In this document: piece after piece, positions 1-9,311 of the stretch
Layout of the letters: every line of letters starts with the position of its first letter
How positions within the stretch are numbered: position 1 is the first letter of the stretch
Virus record (IMG/VR): IMGVR_UViG_2558860259_000003
DNA: 64,000 bases
Reading direction: 5' to 3' (one strand)
Origin: an uncultured virus (IMG/VR IMGVR_UViG_2558860259_000003)
Lineage: Duplodnaviria; Heunggongvirae; Uroviricota; Caudoviricetes
The notes under the pieces: generated by a model
Told to the model about the DNA's origin: nothing
Databases searched by the model: none
The model's input: the letters and a program-made list of their open reading frames with translations, nothing else
Position numbers and translations under genes: made by a program

Positions 1-342
1 ATGAAATCTGTAATTCTTGGTGTCGTGTTGCTGACCATGGCGACGGGTGCAATGGCAGCAGATAAGCTGGTTAATATCACCAAGTTTGAATACGGCAAGC
101 AATGGGCATTCACTAAAGAGGAAGTGACGCTGCAATGCCGTAAAGGCAATGCTTTGTTTGTGCTGAACAACAGCACTCTGATGCAATATCCGTTGAATGA
201 TGCAGCACAGGTACAGGTGAAAACGGGGCAGCAGCGTGCTCAGCCATTAGATGTGATTCTGCTGGACGATATTAATAATCCAGGTCAAAAAATGAGTGTT
301 GAAGTTTTTCGTGCAAGGGCAGAGAAGCTATGTGTTGATTGA
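1..342 (+). CDS. yebY: YebY (DUF2511) family exported protein, host gene
   Basis: Signal peptide followed by KFEYGKQWAFTKEEVTLQCR and LMQYPLND, typical of YebY; lies directly upstream of SdsR as in E. coli. Confidence 0.9.
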   Translation: MKSVILGVVLLTMATGAMAADKLVNITKFEYGKQWAFTKEEVTLQCRKGNALFVLNNSTLMQYPLNDAAQVQVKTGQQRAQPLDVILLDDINNPGQKMSVEVFRARAEKLCVD

Positions 343-472
343 TCGCTTATTTGCCAGAGGGTTACAGAGTGATTTATGGAAAAAGGAAATGGTATTTTAT
401 TAATTTCAGCATGAAACTATCACTTACCGTGCGGTTGGCTGGCAAAAATAGCATGTTAGGCTACTCTTAAAG

Positions 473-578
473 TGCATGGCTGAGTAAGCCCTGCATAAAT
501 GCCAACTTTTAGCGCACGGCTCTCTCCCAAGAGCCATTTCCCTAGACCGAATATAGGAATCGTATTCGGTCTTTTTTT
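473..578 (+). ncRNA. sdsR: SdsR (RyeB) Hfq-dependent small RNA; RyeA/SraC would overlap on the opposite strand
   Basis: Conserved core GCCAACTTTTAGCGCACGGCTCTCTCCCAAGAGCCATTTCC, terminator hairpin GACCGAATA..TATTCGGTC plus T-run, sigma-S-like -10 CTACTCT at 461-467; ends approximate. Confidence 0.88.
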
Positions 579-583
579 ATCTT
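555..583 (+). repeat. attL core (29-bp direct repeat)
   Basis: AGGAATCGTATTCGGTCTTTTTTTATCTT, identical at 59754-59782; adjacent to integrase. Confidence 0.9.
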
Positions 584-612
584 ATTGATTTTTAATGATA
601 AAAAATCGCATC

Positions 613-641
613 CCACGAAAATACACGAAATTTCCACGAAA
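613..641 (+). promoter_or_regulatory. Putative integrase arm-type binding sites (3 x CACGAAA)
   Basis: CACGAAA at 614, 624 and 635; related CACGA copies at 59617-59634 inside the right end and at 59813/59823 in the remnant. Confidence 0.6.
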
Positions 642-658
642 ACCTATATCCGGTCTTT

Positions 659-1744
659 TTAAACAAGCACGTATTCCTTGCCTCTTGGGTCGAGGTATTT
701 CTTGGTCATAACTGCTGATTTATGGCCCAACAGACGCTGCGCAAACTCTTCCCCTTTCTCAATGCTATACAACCTTGACGCAAGGCTGCGGATCTCGTGA
801 AACGTTGGTGGGTTATCACCAAGATCCAGCTTAGTAGCATTCCTGGCTTTCACGAATGCTTTGGTTAAGGTGTCTGGGTGTAGCGATGTATCTCCATTTT
901 TAGAGCGTCGAGTGGTATTGATGATGTAGTCGGAAGCATGCGAAGACCGGCAGCGCTCTATCACTTCGCCAAGGCATAGATTTGCAGCCTCAAGCCTCAG
1001 GTCTAAAGGGATGGCAAGGCGCATTCCTGTTTTACCTTGCTCAATATGTAATCGACCGTCGAAAATGTCCGTAAAGCGCATGAGAACAACATCCTCACGC
1101 CGCTGACCAGTAATAAGATCTATTTCCATTGCAAGCCCTACCCACTGTGGTTGTTCACGCGCAGCTAAATATATTTGCTTGAACTCATCATAATTAAGGC
1201 GCTCGCGCTTAACTTTTAAGCGTGGAGCTTTAGTCGGTTCTACGGGGTTTGTTTTTATTCTCCCTTCAACAATTGCCTCTCTGAATATATCTGACAGTAC
1301 AGATCTCAATGCCGTTGACATAGAACCTTTCCCTTGGGCATTAAACGACTCCAAATACTCAGCTATTTGTCGAGTGTCTATTTCAGATAATAAATACTCA
1401 CCCATGACTGAGCGGATCATTTTTAACTGATTACCTCTTATTTTTATTGTGTTTGGTTTTAAATCACGGCGATCTAATATTACCTCATACCGCTCAAGCC
1501 AAGATCCTAAGGTTAAAACCTCTTCACGGCCTTTAATTCTTTCAATAAGCGTTGAAGGTAAGTAGTTTTGCTCCAGGTAGTTATTTGCCTCAATCGCCTG
1601 CCCAACCGCATCCCTGCGGGCAATCTGCCCTAAAGGTAGCTCTTTTCTGGTGATAGGGTGACGCCAGTAAAAGGATCTGTACTTTCGGCGATAGGTGAGA
1701 TTTTTAGGTAAGTTCGCATCATACCTTGTTGGTCTTTTCGCCAT
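659..1744 (-). CDS. int: Tyrosine integrase (lambda Int-like with N-terminal arm-binding domain)
   Basis: Catalytic motifs TGQRRED, FHEIRSL, LLGHKS..MT..Y; next to att. Confidence 0.95.
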   Translation of the reverse strand: MAKRPTRYDANLPKNLTYRRKYRSFYWRHPITRKELPLGQIARRDAVGQAIEANNYLEQNYLPSTLIERIKGREEVLTLGSWLERYEVILDRRDLKPNTIKIRGNQLKMIRSVMGEYLLSEIDTRQIAEYLESFNAQGKGSMSTALRSVLSDIFREAIVEGRIKTNPVEPTKAPRLKVKRERLNYDEFKQIYLAAREQPQWVGLAMEIDLITGQRREDVVLMRFTDIFDGRLHIEQGKTGMRLAIPLDLRLEAANLCLGEVIERCRSSHASDYIINTTRRSKNGDTSLHPDTLTKAFVKARNATKLDLGDNPPTFHEIRSLASRLYSIEKGEEFAQRLLGHKSAVMTKKYLDPRGKEYVLV

Positions 1745-1988
1745 GGATAATTCTCTCTATCAGCGGGGGTAATGTTATTGCTCCAGCTTTATGCAGATCT
1801 CTGGCAAGTTGGAACGATTTTGGCTTGATATAAATTGCGTTTTCTTGAACGCGGTATTCTCTGCCATGTTTCTCTGGGGCAGGATAGATATTTCCATTCC
1901 TGGCCCAGCGTCGAAGCGTTTTTATAGAGGGTGGCTTACTTTTGTAAGTCTTTGTACCCCACTCTTCTAAAGTCAGTAGTTGCGACAT
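1719..1988 (-). CDS. xis: Excisionase
   Basis: LLTLEEW..PSIKTLRRWARNGNIYPAPEKHGREYRV, lambda Xis-like; overlaps int start. Confidence 0.88.
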   Translation of the reverse strand: MSQLLTLEEWGTKTYKSKPPSIKTLRRWARNGNIYPAPEKHGREYRVQENAIYIKPKSFQLARDLHKAGAITLPPLIERIIHGEKTNKV

Positions 1989-2174
1989 AGTGCTTTCCTC
2001 TGGTGTGAGGGCGCAACGAAGTTACGCCCTGATTATGGTCGTTTGGGGGAAGTTGGTAAGGGGGCAAGATTGTTAACAATAAAATTACATATGGTTGACT
2101 ATCAAAGGTAGAGTTATCTCGTTGTACGTGAGGAGACTATTCTTTTAAGTTTCATGTACTCTAATTTTTTCGCT

Positions 2175-2960
2175 TCATCCATAGTACACTTGGCAACTTT
2201 CTGGCGGAATCACGCCATTCACCTGATCACCCTCAGTTACCAGGCGGATCAGCATTGCCATCAACTGCACAATTTCGCTCTCCACCCGTTCCCAACTCAT
2301 GCGGTTTTCAGCATAGTGGACGGCTGCTTGCACAACTTCTCCGGCTTCCTCAGCCACTTTTAGCAATACATAGTTTGGCTGCGGGAACCTGTTCATAGCC
2401 TTATCAGCAGATAGACGAGCCTTTGCCACCAGTGACGCGAAATAGTCACTTGGTACCACTGGCTGCTGTAGTCGCCGCTCCAGATCTGCTATGCGCTGAT
2501 GATCCAGGTCAATTGAGTGGCGAATTGAGTCGATTGTTTTTTGCAGTCTGTCTGTTTGATGGTATTTATCTTCCAGTGCTGCCAACGCTTCTTGATACGC
2601 TTCAATCACAACCGGCAGCAGTTCAGCATCACAAAACATCTGAATCAGTGATGGCTTATAGGCAACATGGTCAACGGCAGGATCCTGTATGTTGTAAACG
2701 TAGGTATCAAAGGCACCCATGAAGCGACCGAAGCCGCCACTCCCGTCCACCAGAACCTGCCAGGCACGAAGCAGAAACATCTTTTCTTGCCGAGTCAGGC
2801 TAGGGCAGTAAGATAGCTCATTGGCAATAGGGCCAACGGTGTTAGGGCACCAGCGATCTTCAACGCGTTGCGCTGCATGATAAAGTTTATAAAAAAGCCC
2901 CATTTCCTTATCATTTGGACGAGCCGTTGTTACTGTGCACGTTATGGTTTTCCTGCTCAT
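2175..2960 (-). CDS. Ead/Ea22-like protein with C-terminal MazG-like (NTP-PPase) domain
   Basis: Coiled coil followed by LLKVAEEAGEVVQA..ESEIVQLMAM (EExxE helix); RBS GGAGG before ATG 2960. Confidence 0.5.
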   Translation of the reverse strand: MSRKTITCTVTTARPNDKEMGLFYKLYHAAQRVEDRWCPNTVGPIANELSYCPSLTRQEKMFLLRAWQVLVDGSGGFGRFMGAFDTYVYNIQDPAVDHVAYKPSLIQMFCDAELLPVVIEAYQEALAALEDKYHQTDRLQKTIDSIRHSIDLDHQRIADLERRLQQPVVPSDYFASLVAKARLSADKAMNRFPQPNYVLLKVAEEAGEVVQAAVHYAENRMSWERVESEIVQLMAMLIRLVTEGDQVNGVIPPESCQVYYG

Positions 2961-3478
2961 CAGCAACCTCCGCGAAACGTCGCCAACCGAACGCGCTGGT
3001 AAATCTCATGCGCGAAAGTGCGATCCTCACCGATATCACAGGCGCAGAAATAAGCATGCGCGGCCTGCAAACATACCCGATGCGCATTGAGGAATTCAGT
3101 TTTCAGCGCGGCAACATGGCATCTGTTGATGTGATCCTTTAGTGCTCTTGGCTCGCCTTCGACTGGACATAACCAAACACAAAGAGGGCCATCCTCAGTG
3201 TCGTGGATTGAACCGATAAACCATCCATTCCCATCCGGTGGGGTAGGGTTCCACTGACTAATGTCACCGTCGCTGTCTTCAAGTGCCTCTAACTGTTCGC
3301 CCGTGACGTCGCATTCCGCCCACAGCACTCGCGCAATAACACGATTGTTATCCTGCCACGCTTCAAACTCGCCTGGTGCCGCGAACTCCCGACCACCTAC
3401 CGGTTCAAAATAATTTGGGTGAGTCCAGTAGCCGCTATCGTCGCGCTGCGGCTCCATTGCTGTGATTAACTTATGCAT
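2960..3478 (-). CDS. Conserved phage hypothetical protein
   Basis: 172-aa ORF coupled to its neighbour; GYWTHP and WFIGSIHDTEDGP motifs familiar from prophage early proteins. Confidence 0.7.
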   Translation of the reverse strand: MHKLITAMEPQRDDSGYWTHPNYFEPVGGREFAAPGEFEAWQDNNRVIARVLWAECDVTGEQLEALEDSDGDISQWNPTPPDGNGWFIGSIHDTEDGPLCVWLCPVEGEPRALKDHINRCHVAALKTEFLNAHRVCLQAAHAYFCACDIGEDRTFAHEIYQRVRLATFRGGC

Positions 3479-3487
3479 ATTATTTTC

Positions 3488-4318
3488 CTATTTGCTGGCT
3501 GCCATCTTCTGGCAGTTGGGATTGATCCATAGGCATTCGGTGCGTTGCACCGAGCCTGATTTACCGTTTGCTGCTGTGGTTCTGGTTTCTTTGCGCCAGC
3601 CAGTCAGCATGTCGTTGTATAGTGAAGAGTCGTATCCGCAGATGATTACCATCCCCTGTAATTTCTTGACTGCCTCAAGCAGCTGCATATGCTGACCATT
3701 GTCCATCTCATGCCGGTAATAGGCGTTTGCCATTACGCGGGTATCATGGAGGTACGGTGGATCGACAAAGTGCAGGGTGCTTTTGGTATCGTGATCCTGC
3801 ATGCAGGTAACTGCATCCCGATGTTCAACAAGCACGCTGGCGAACCGGTTGGCGACGGCGATCAAGTTATCCGGGGCGCGGCTCCAGATTTTTTGCGCTG
3901 TTGCAGAATTGCGCTTGGTATCCAGACGGAAACCAGTGCGGCCCTTGGTGGCCCCTGCGCTGCCGAATCCCATTGTTGCGCGAACAATCAACCGGCGACC
4001 GCGCTCGACAGGATCATCAGTTGGTTCGTAGGAACTAGCGAACTCAGTTCGGGAATAGGGCGTTAATGCGCAGGCCTGGATAAGCTTTTCACTCTGTTCC
4101 GGATCGCGCAGAACGCGGAACAGGTTAACAACCTCATCATCGAGATCGTTGTAAACCTCCGCGTCGCTACGCTCTTTCTTCAACAAAACAGATGCTGCGC
4201 CACCGAAGGGCTCGACATAGCAGCGATGGGGGGGGAAGTGGCTAATGATCCAGGACGCCAGCCGGAACTTGCCACCGTGGTATCGGATGGCTGGGTGTTT
4301 GATGCCATTTTCAGCCAT
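3488..4318 (-). CDS. DNA adenine methyltransferase (Dam/D12 class)
   Basis: RYHGGKFRLA, YVEPFGGAASV (motif I), FVDPPY (motif IV); start reassigned to ATG 4318. Confidence 0.9.
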   Translation of the reverse strand: MAENGIKHPAIRYHGGKFRLASWIISHFPPHRCYVEPFGGAASVLLKKERSDAEVYNDLDDEVVNLFRVLRDPEQSEKLIQACALTPYSRTEFASSYEPTDDPVERGRRLIVRATMGFGSAGATKGRTGFRLDTKRNSATAQKIWSRAPDNLIAVANRFASVLVEHRDAVTCMQDHDTKSTLHFVDPPYLHDTRVMANAYYRHEMDNGQHMQLLEAVKKLQGMVIICGYDSSLYNDMLTGWRKETRTTAANGKSGSVQRTECLWINPNCQKMAASK

Positions 4319-4881
4319 TACGAATCTCCAAGCATTCTGGAGTGATGACTGCTGTAATTTCCCCCTGCGACCACGACAGCGGGCCACTTTCGCGGATCAC
4401 TTCGTTCAACAAATCGAAGGCTGCTTCAAGGTCACCAGGCAACTCACCATCTTCGGGCAGATCATCAATGAAATGGTCAATGCCATCAATTTGACGAGGG
4501 TGGTTGGGTTTGCAGATGACCAACTGTAAATCGGTAGCGTTCACATCGTTTTCTTCGCAGTAATCAGTGAGAGAATCGATGTCAAAGAAATAGGTGTCGG
4601 TATCGAAAATAACCAACGGCTCATCACCATCCCATTCCCGGCGTTCCATGGCCGCAAAAACTGCCTGGCGCTTCTCTGCGTGGCAGGCTTCACAGTAGCT
4701 GTGAATATCGTAGATAGGATGATTTGGGTTATTTTTGCACTTAGTGTGTGTCGCGCCAGCAAAGCGGGCCAAATCCTCGTTATCACCAAAAAAATTGGCC
4801 GGTTGAAGAAACCCAGCCGGTGACGGTTTTTATGCTGGCTGCCTCGTCAGAGTCGCGCAGGATGATTTTTTTATTGTTCAC
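4311..4881 (-). pseudogene. Conserved phage protein interrupted by +1 frameshift in a 7-base homopolymer
   Basis: GTG 4881 gives MNNKKIILRDSDEAASIKTVTGWVSSTGQFF, which continues GDNEDLARF in the 4311..4772 frame if one base of A7 (4788-4794) is removed; span 571 = 3n+1. Confidence 0.7.
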
Positions 4882-5570
4882 TGTGTTTTCTCCACTAATT
4901 TAAATTCAATAACCCAGCACCACGGATTAGCCTGCCAACTCTCCTCGCCATAGATCGACCACCATAAATTCAAAAATCCGACTCGATAAATGGCTTCTGG
5001 GGGCGTTATTGCGCGGGTTGATGGCGCAGCACCTTCGGCTTTTGCATCTTCTTCACTAATATCTTGAAGTCGTTCGACTCGAACAGCGGTGATTTCCAAC
5101 AGGAGGCGAGATACCCAGCGTGGCATGTGTAGTGATGGCCGCCATGGAAAACCACGCTCCTCTCGACTCTCCCCCTTAAAATCCACCTCATAGATGGGAT
5201 GCCAGTAGTTATCCTGCTGCTTCGGTATTTCCGGCGCATATGTAATTTCATCCTCGTCATATTCGCTATGGATCACCTGCCAGGCTTCCCTCACCCACAG
5301 TCGATCACCAACGGCACCGAGTGGGCACGAATAACCCTCATCTTCATCAGCCACACCAAAAATCTGTTTCTTGGCCGGTTGTAGGTAGCCGTTTTTGTCC
5401 ACTACGCCCGGCGTGTACCAGCGCGCGGTGTAATCAAGTTCAAGGGCCATATTCATGGGGGAAAAATTGGCGGATGGTTGAACCTTCATAACCCGCCGCG
5501 TTTGTGTTTTGCGACCGTCAATGATCGCGCGAACCATATCGCCATTAAACAAAATGGGATGTACTTTCAT
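4878..5570 (-). CDS. ASCH/PUA-like phage protein
   Basis: PILFNGDMVRAIIDGRKTQTRR, GDRLWVREAW, WRPSLHMPRW, ANPWCWVIEF. Confidence 0.8.
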   Translation of the reverse strand: MKVHPILFNGDMVRAIIDGRKTQTRRVMKVQPSANFSPMNMALELDYTARWYTPGVVDKNGYLQPAKKQIFGVADEDEGYSCPLGAVGDRLWVREAWQVIHSEYDEDEITYAPEIPKQQDNYWHPIYEVDFKGESREERGFPWRPSLHMPRWVSRLLLEITAVRVERLQDISEEDAKAEGAAPSTRAITPPEAIYRVGFLNLWWSIYGEESWQANPWCWVIEFKLVEKTQ

Positions 5571-5732
5571 GATCGTCCTTACCCGCCGGGCGGCGGGCTC
5601 AGTAGATGAAATTACCGAGGGAAATAACTTTGATGCCGAGCTTTTCAGCTATGTCGCGGGGCGGTATACCGGCAACATATTTCCGAAGTAATTCTGTTTC
5701 ACAGGGTTGCCAATAAGTAAGCGCCTCCTGTT

Positions 5733-5906
5733 TTAGATCTTTGATGCTGGCAAAATGGCCTCTACTGGTAGGCATTTGTACTGCGGCGGCAATTTCTGCT
5801 CGCGAATGTCTGCCTGGCAGTTCGCTTGATCGGGGTAAACCCAGCCTTGGGGTTCATACTGGCAGGGCTGGTAGGTGAAACAAACGTAGAGGAATAGACC
5901 GAACAC
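5733..5906 (-). CDS. Small DUF1482/YebW-like protein (57 aa; absent from ORF track)
   Basis: AAGGAG RBS, GTG start, MFGLFLYVCFTYQPCQYEPQGWVYPDQANCQADIREQKLPPQYKCLPVE with the 4-Cys pattern of YebW. Confidence 0.65.
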   Translation of the reverse strand: MFGLFLYVCFTYQPCQYEPQGWVYPDQANCQADIREQKLPPQYKCLPVEAILPASKI

Positions 5907-5954
5907 GGTATTCTCCTTTTGAGCTGAATATTTTTATACAATCGGGGGAAGGGG

Positions 5955-6305
5955 TTATTGCTGTTTGTGGCGCCAGCCGAAGTTAACTTTTTCAGGTAGT
6001 ACCCAAAGATGGCGCATGTTCGCGACATTCACGATGTCTGCTTGGGCTGGATAAAGCTCAACAGCATCCTGATCGGAAAAACCAAGAGCATCCTTGATAA
6101 CCTGTAGGGCATCCCAAGAAATGCCGTCTTTCCAGCGCATACCAGCACCCAAAGCAGTGAGGTTAATGGTTAAACGCTTAATGCCGTTTGCTTCCGCAAA
6201 CACCTGAACGAGAAACTCATGGTTGATGTATACCGCTTCACGCGTTGAGTCATGCTGATTGATCGGCCATTTTTCGGCGGGTACTGGCGTAAATTTAATG
6301 TTCAA
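5955..6305 (-). CDS. Phage hypothetical protein
   Basis: AGGAG RBS; ISWDALQVIKD..AVELYP..IVNVANMRHLWV motif. Confidence 0.7.
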   Translation of the reverse strand: MNIKFTPVPAEKWPINQHDSTREAVYINHEFLVQVFAEANGIKRLTINLTALGAGMRWKDGISWDALQVIKDALGFSDQDAVELYPAQADIVNVANMRHLWVLPEKVNFGWRHKQQ

Positions 6306-6313
6306 TGATTCTC

Positions 6314-6526
6314 CTAAGCATCTTCATCAACGATGCGGTCATAGATGTAGGCAATGAGATAAAGAATGCACGTTGCAGGCCACACGATTGCCAGAAGAAG
6401 CAGACCAAGCAGGTTGCAGCGTATGTACGCGTGTTCCTCAGGGATTTCTTTCTCATCAAGCCACAGGAGGTAGAACATATATCCGGCCATGAACAAATAG
6501 AGCACTATCCAGCCAGTTATCATCAT
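6314..6526 (-). CDS. Small membrane protein
   Basis: Two hydrophobic segments; stop/start coupling with neighbour. Confidence 0.6.
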   Translation of the reverse strand: MMITGWIVLYLFMAGYMFYLLWLDEKEIPEEHAYIRCNLLGLLLLAIVWPATCILYLIAYIYDRIVDEDA

Positions 6527-7047
6527 GATTTCTCCTTAGGAGCTTCACTAGATTGTTTTGCAGCCTTGAACTCACTGCCTAGTATCTCAATGGCTCCGAT
6601 CTCTGGTTTTGGCGTTGCTCCAGTTTCAAAATAGATCGTGTTACCACGACGGAACATGCCGAGGCCGGTGAGAAACAGGATGCCCCATTCAAGGCCAATC
6701 GCTGGATAGAACACGGTTTTATCTAACGCAACTATTGGCTCTTGCCCCCTCCATAACTCAATAAGCGCCTTGTGCTCTTCGTTCATACCGCGCGGCGCTT
6801 TTGCTTTCGGCCAGCAGGCATAGCCTTTTCTCTCATTGGGTTGTGTCCAAAGCGCAGCAGATCCGTATGGCGTGCCGTCGAAACGCACGCCGTAGAAGCT
6901 GACTCTGGTCAGATCGTTAATGAAGACTGCTTTACCGCTGAATAGATCCGCGAATGATTGGCCTTCTTTGCGCAGGTCGGCATCTTTTTGCCATAAGCCT
7001 TCCCACGCAGCGATTGCTTCGGGTGTCGAGATTTTGAAGTAACTCAT
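6523..7047 (-). CDS. Phage early hypothetical protein (possibly Eac-like)
   Basis: 174-aa ORF with ATGA coupling on both sides; family call from memory only. Confidence 0.6.
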   Translation of the reverse strand: MSYFKISTPEAIAAWEGLWQKDADLRKEGQSFADLFSGKAVFINDLTRVSFYGVRFDGTPYGSAALWTQPNERKGYACWPKAKAPRGMNEEHKALIELWRGQEPIVALDKTVFYPAIGLEWGILFLTGLGMFRRGNTIYFETGATPKPEIGAIEILGSEFKAAKQSSEAPKEKS

Positions 7048-7553
7048 CGCGCACCAGCCTTGGCAAAAGCCTCTTCCATGGCGGCATCAAGACGATCAAG
7101 ATCGCCTGACTGATACATCGCTACCCAATCGGCCCAATTTGACGTTACCGACATCCAGTGGGCTCCCTTATGCGCCATCTCAGGGATCCGCCCGCCGAAT
7201 CCTGGAACGGCTTCAATAAGGCGGATACATCGGCCAAGGTCATCGACATCTCGCGGATAGGCAGGTCTTGGAGTCTGTAGAGGCCATTCAGGAAAATTAC
7301 TATCAACTTTCGCCAAAGAATAAGCCATATACAGGCTACTGGCTCCGGTATCATCGCCATTGATCCAAGCTGTTAACCCCATGTTTTGCGCAGCCATCAT
7401 CGGCTCGCGGCCGTATTCAGCAACGATGTTGTTTGCAGCGGCGATAACAGTATTTATGCGGTGATCTGCTGGTAGTCCGGGGTGCTGGCGGCTCAGTTCG
7501 TTGGTGATAGCGGTAATAATTGATATCTGGTCAAACTTATAGGATTTCATCAT
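7044..7553 (-). CDS. Phage hypothetical protein
   Basis: 169-aa coupled ORF; DTGASS..YPRDVDDLGRC motif. Confidence 0.7.
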   Translation of the reverse strand: MMKSYKFDQISIITAITNELSRQHPGLPADHRINTVIAAANNIVAEYGREPMMAAQNMGLTAWINGDDTGASSLYMAYSLAKVDSNFPEWPLQTPRPAYPRDVDDLGRCIRLIEAVPGFGGRIPEMAHKGAHWMSVTSNWADWVAMYQSGDLDRLDAAMEEAFAKAGAR

Positions 7554-7783
7554 TCCTTCTTAGCGAGTAATTCGCCAGTTGCTGGATCCAAATAAACATC
7601 CGCCTCGAAAGGGCGAATGCGTTTGTACTTGACGGGCTTGTTCTTGAGGTAGGTCAGCTTGCCGGGGGTGAAAATGGCAATGTCGTCGATATCGAAGATG
7701 GCAGCGATCTTCTTTATTACATCCTGCATATTGGCTTCCGCCGCGTGCTGCCAGACTTCCCGACGGCCATGCTCAATTTTCAT
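7550..7783 (-). CDS. Phage hypothetical protein
   Basis: Likely start MKIEHG at 7783, which avoids a long overlap with the upstream gene. Confidence 0.55.
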   Translation of the reverse strand: MKIEHGRREVWQHAAEANMQDVIKKIAAIFDIDDIAIFTPGKLTYLKNKPVKYKRIRPFEADVYLDPATGELLAKKE

Positions 7784-8045
7784 ATGGGTTGTGTTCTTCC
7801 AATGCTTGTTCAAGCATTGGCTTAGCCTCTTCCCATGAGAGCTTGAAGGTTTCCATGGAATCGTAGTTTTCGCTTGCCTCCTCTTCTGCCTCATATATGC
7901 GGCTTTGAAAATCGTCTTTGATTTCAATTGCTAATTGCACGCGCAAGCGCTCGCGAATGATATCCACAACCTCTTCTGGTGGAAGTATGCTCAGCAACTG
8001 GTCTATGGGTGCCGAGCTAAACTTAAGAGCCAGTTCCTGAGACAT
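7773..8045 (-). CDS. Phage hypothetical protein
   Basis: AAGGGG RBS, acidic 90-aa ORF in the operon. Confidence 0.6.
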   Translation of the reverse strand: MSQELALKFSSAPIDQLLSILPPEEVVDIIRERLRVQLAIEIKDDFQSRIYEAEEEASENYDSMETFKLSWEEAKPMLEQALEEHNPYEN

Positions 8046-8054
8046 ACAATCCCC

Positions 8055-8861
8055 TTAGTCGTCGTAATGGGGGTAGGTCATTTCGTAAGCGTCTGGAATT
8101 TGATCCATCACTAAGAAACTGCCGCCGTAGTAAAGAGCTGCGATCAACTTATCGAAGTGGCTATATGCCTTACTGAGCTTCTTACCCAGTACACCACCAT
8201 CAACATGACCGTGATAAAGATCGTAAACAGGGTGACCTTCGTGGGTAATGGGCTGTTCAGTACGGCCTACACGATCTTTTTTAGGGGAAAAAGCAAGATA
8301 AACGTCGCAGCGATGTGCGCTTTCGACTTTGGAGCGGTAGCCATCTTCCGATGCCGCATGAAGGCCAACGGAAAAATAACCATCGACACAGTCACTATCG
8401 TTATACATAACCTGAGGGCGCTCCCATTGCTCTTCGGCAGCAAGCTCACTGTTTTCCTCAATGAATGCCCTCCACAAATCGGAGGCCATGATGAATTTGG
8501 GAATTGCTTCGTCGGTGGTGAATTCTTTCACCAGATCCAGAACGCGTTGTTGCATATCGCTCTGAATACCGGAGTTGGCCCATTGTTCGCGTACTGAGTT
8601 GATAACCAGTGAGTTATAGCCAGCCAAATCGACAACTTCAGAAATGTTGGTAGGCAGTGCAGCTTTAAACGCTTCATTCAGCAATTTGCCGAAATCGCCA
8701 TATGATCGGAATGCATCACTCACCAGGTCTTTGAACATCTTTTCAATGCCTTGATCGATGATTTCGACGGCCTTATCGCTGGTAGAGAAATTCACGCAAC
8801 GCTGAGTAAGTAGGGCGGAGAGGGTTAATTCTGGCTGTTGGTTATTATTTTGGTCGGTCAT
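8055..8861 (-). CDS. Phage hypothetical protein
   Basis: 268-aa ORF; start embedded in the AGGACTGACCAATGA motif. Confidence 0.75.
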   Translation of the reverse strand: MTDQNNNQQPELTLSALLTQRCVNFSTSDKAVEIIDQGIEKMFKDLVSDAFRSYGDFGKLLNEAFKAALPTNISEVVDLAGYNSLVINSVREQWANSGIQSDMQQRVLDLVKEFTTDEAIPKFIMASDLWRAFIEENSELAAEEQWERPQVMYNDSDCVDGYFSVGLHAASEDGYRSKVESAHRCDVYLAFSPKKDRVGRTEQPITHEGHPVYDLYHGHVDGGVLGKKLSKAYSHFDKLIAALYYGGSFLVMDQIPDAYEMTYPHYDD

Positions 8862-8887
8862 TGGTCAGTCCTTATTGCAGTTTGGTT

Positions 8888-9310
8888 TCAGATTTCCCGC
8901 AGCAGGCGGCTAAAGATTTCCTGATTGGACGGGATCCGCAGTTGGTGGGCCAGCATCCAGGCTTTACGCTGCGTTTGGGTTTTGTGCTCCAGCATTTTTC
9001 GGATGTCGGTTACTGGGATACCGGTATCGCTGGCAATGGTCTGCTCGCTGTGGCCAGCTCGGTGAAACTGGTAAACACACAGCATGATGTTGGATGAATA
9101 GCGCTGCCGGCTGCCGACATTTACCGAATCAACGCGACGCTTGGCTGGTGGCTTGCCGGTACCGGTATAAATCGGCTTCGGCATTGGCCTGTAGGGTTCA
9201 CCGGAGCGGATCGACGCGCGGGTACGCATCGTGTAGATAATTGGCTTGATGTGGCAGCAAAAATCATCTTCCGGCTTGTACGGCTTACCGTAAATCAGTT
9301 CATCGTCCAT
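8888..9310 (-). CDS. Phage protein with possible C-terminal HTH
   Basis: AGHSEQTIASDTGIPVTDIRKML resembles an HTH. Confidence 0.55.
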   Translation of the reverse strand: MDDELIYGKPYKPEDDFCCHIKPIIYTMRTRASIRSGEPYRPMPKPIYTGTGKPPAKRRVDSVNVGSRQRYSSNIMLCVYQFHRAGHSEQTIASDTGIPVTDIRKMLEHKTQTQRKAWMLAHQLRIPSNQEIFSRLLREI

Positions 9311-9311
9311 A

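Noticed and set aside
5603..5725. HTH-like fragment LTYWQPCETELLRKYVAGIPPRDIAEKLGIK on the minus strand
   Set aside because: Has an AGGAGG but no valid start codon and is short; possibly a relic, too weak to list
5762..6028. 88-aa ORF from the track
   Set aside because: Overlaps the better-supported 5955..6305 and 5733..5906 genes in another frame and lacks an RBS
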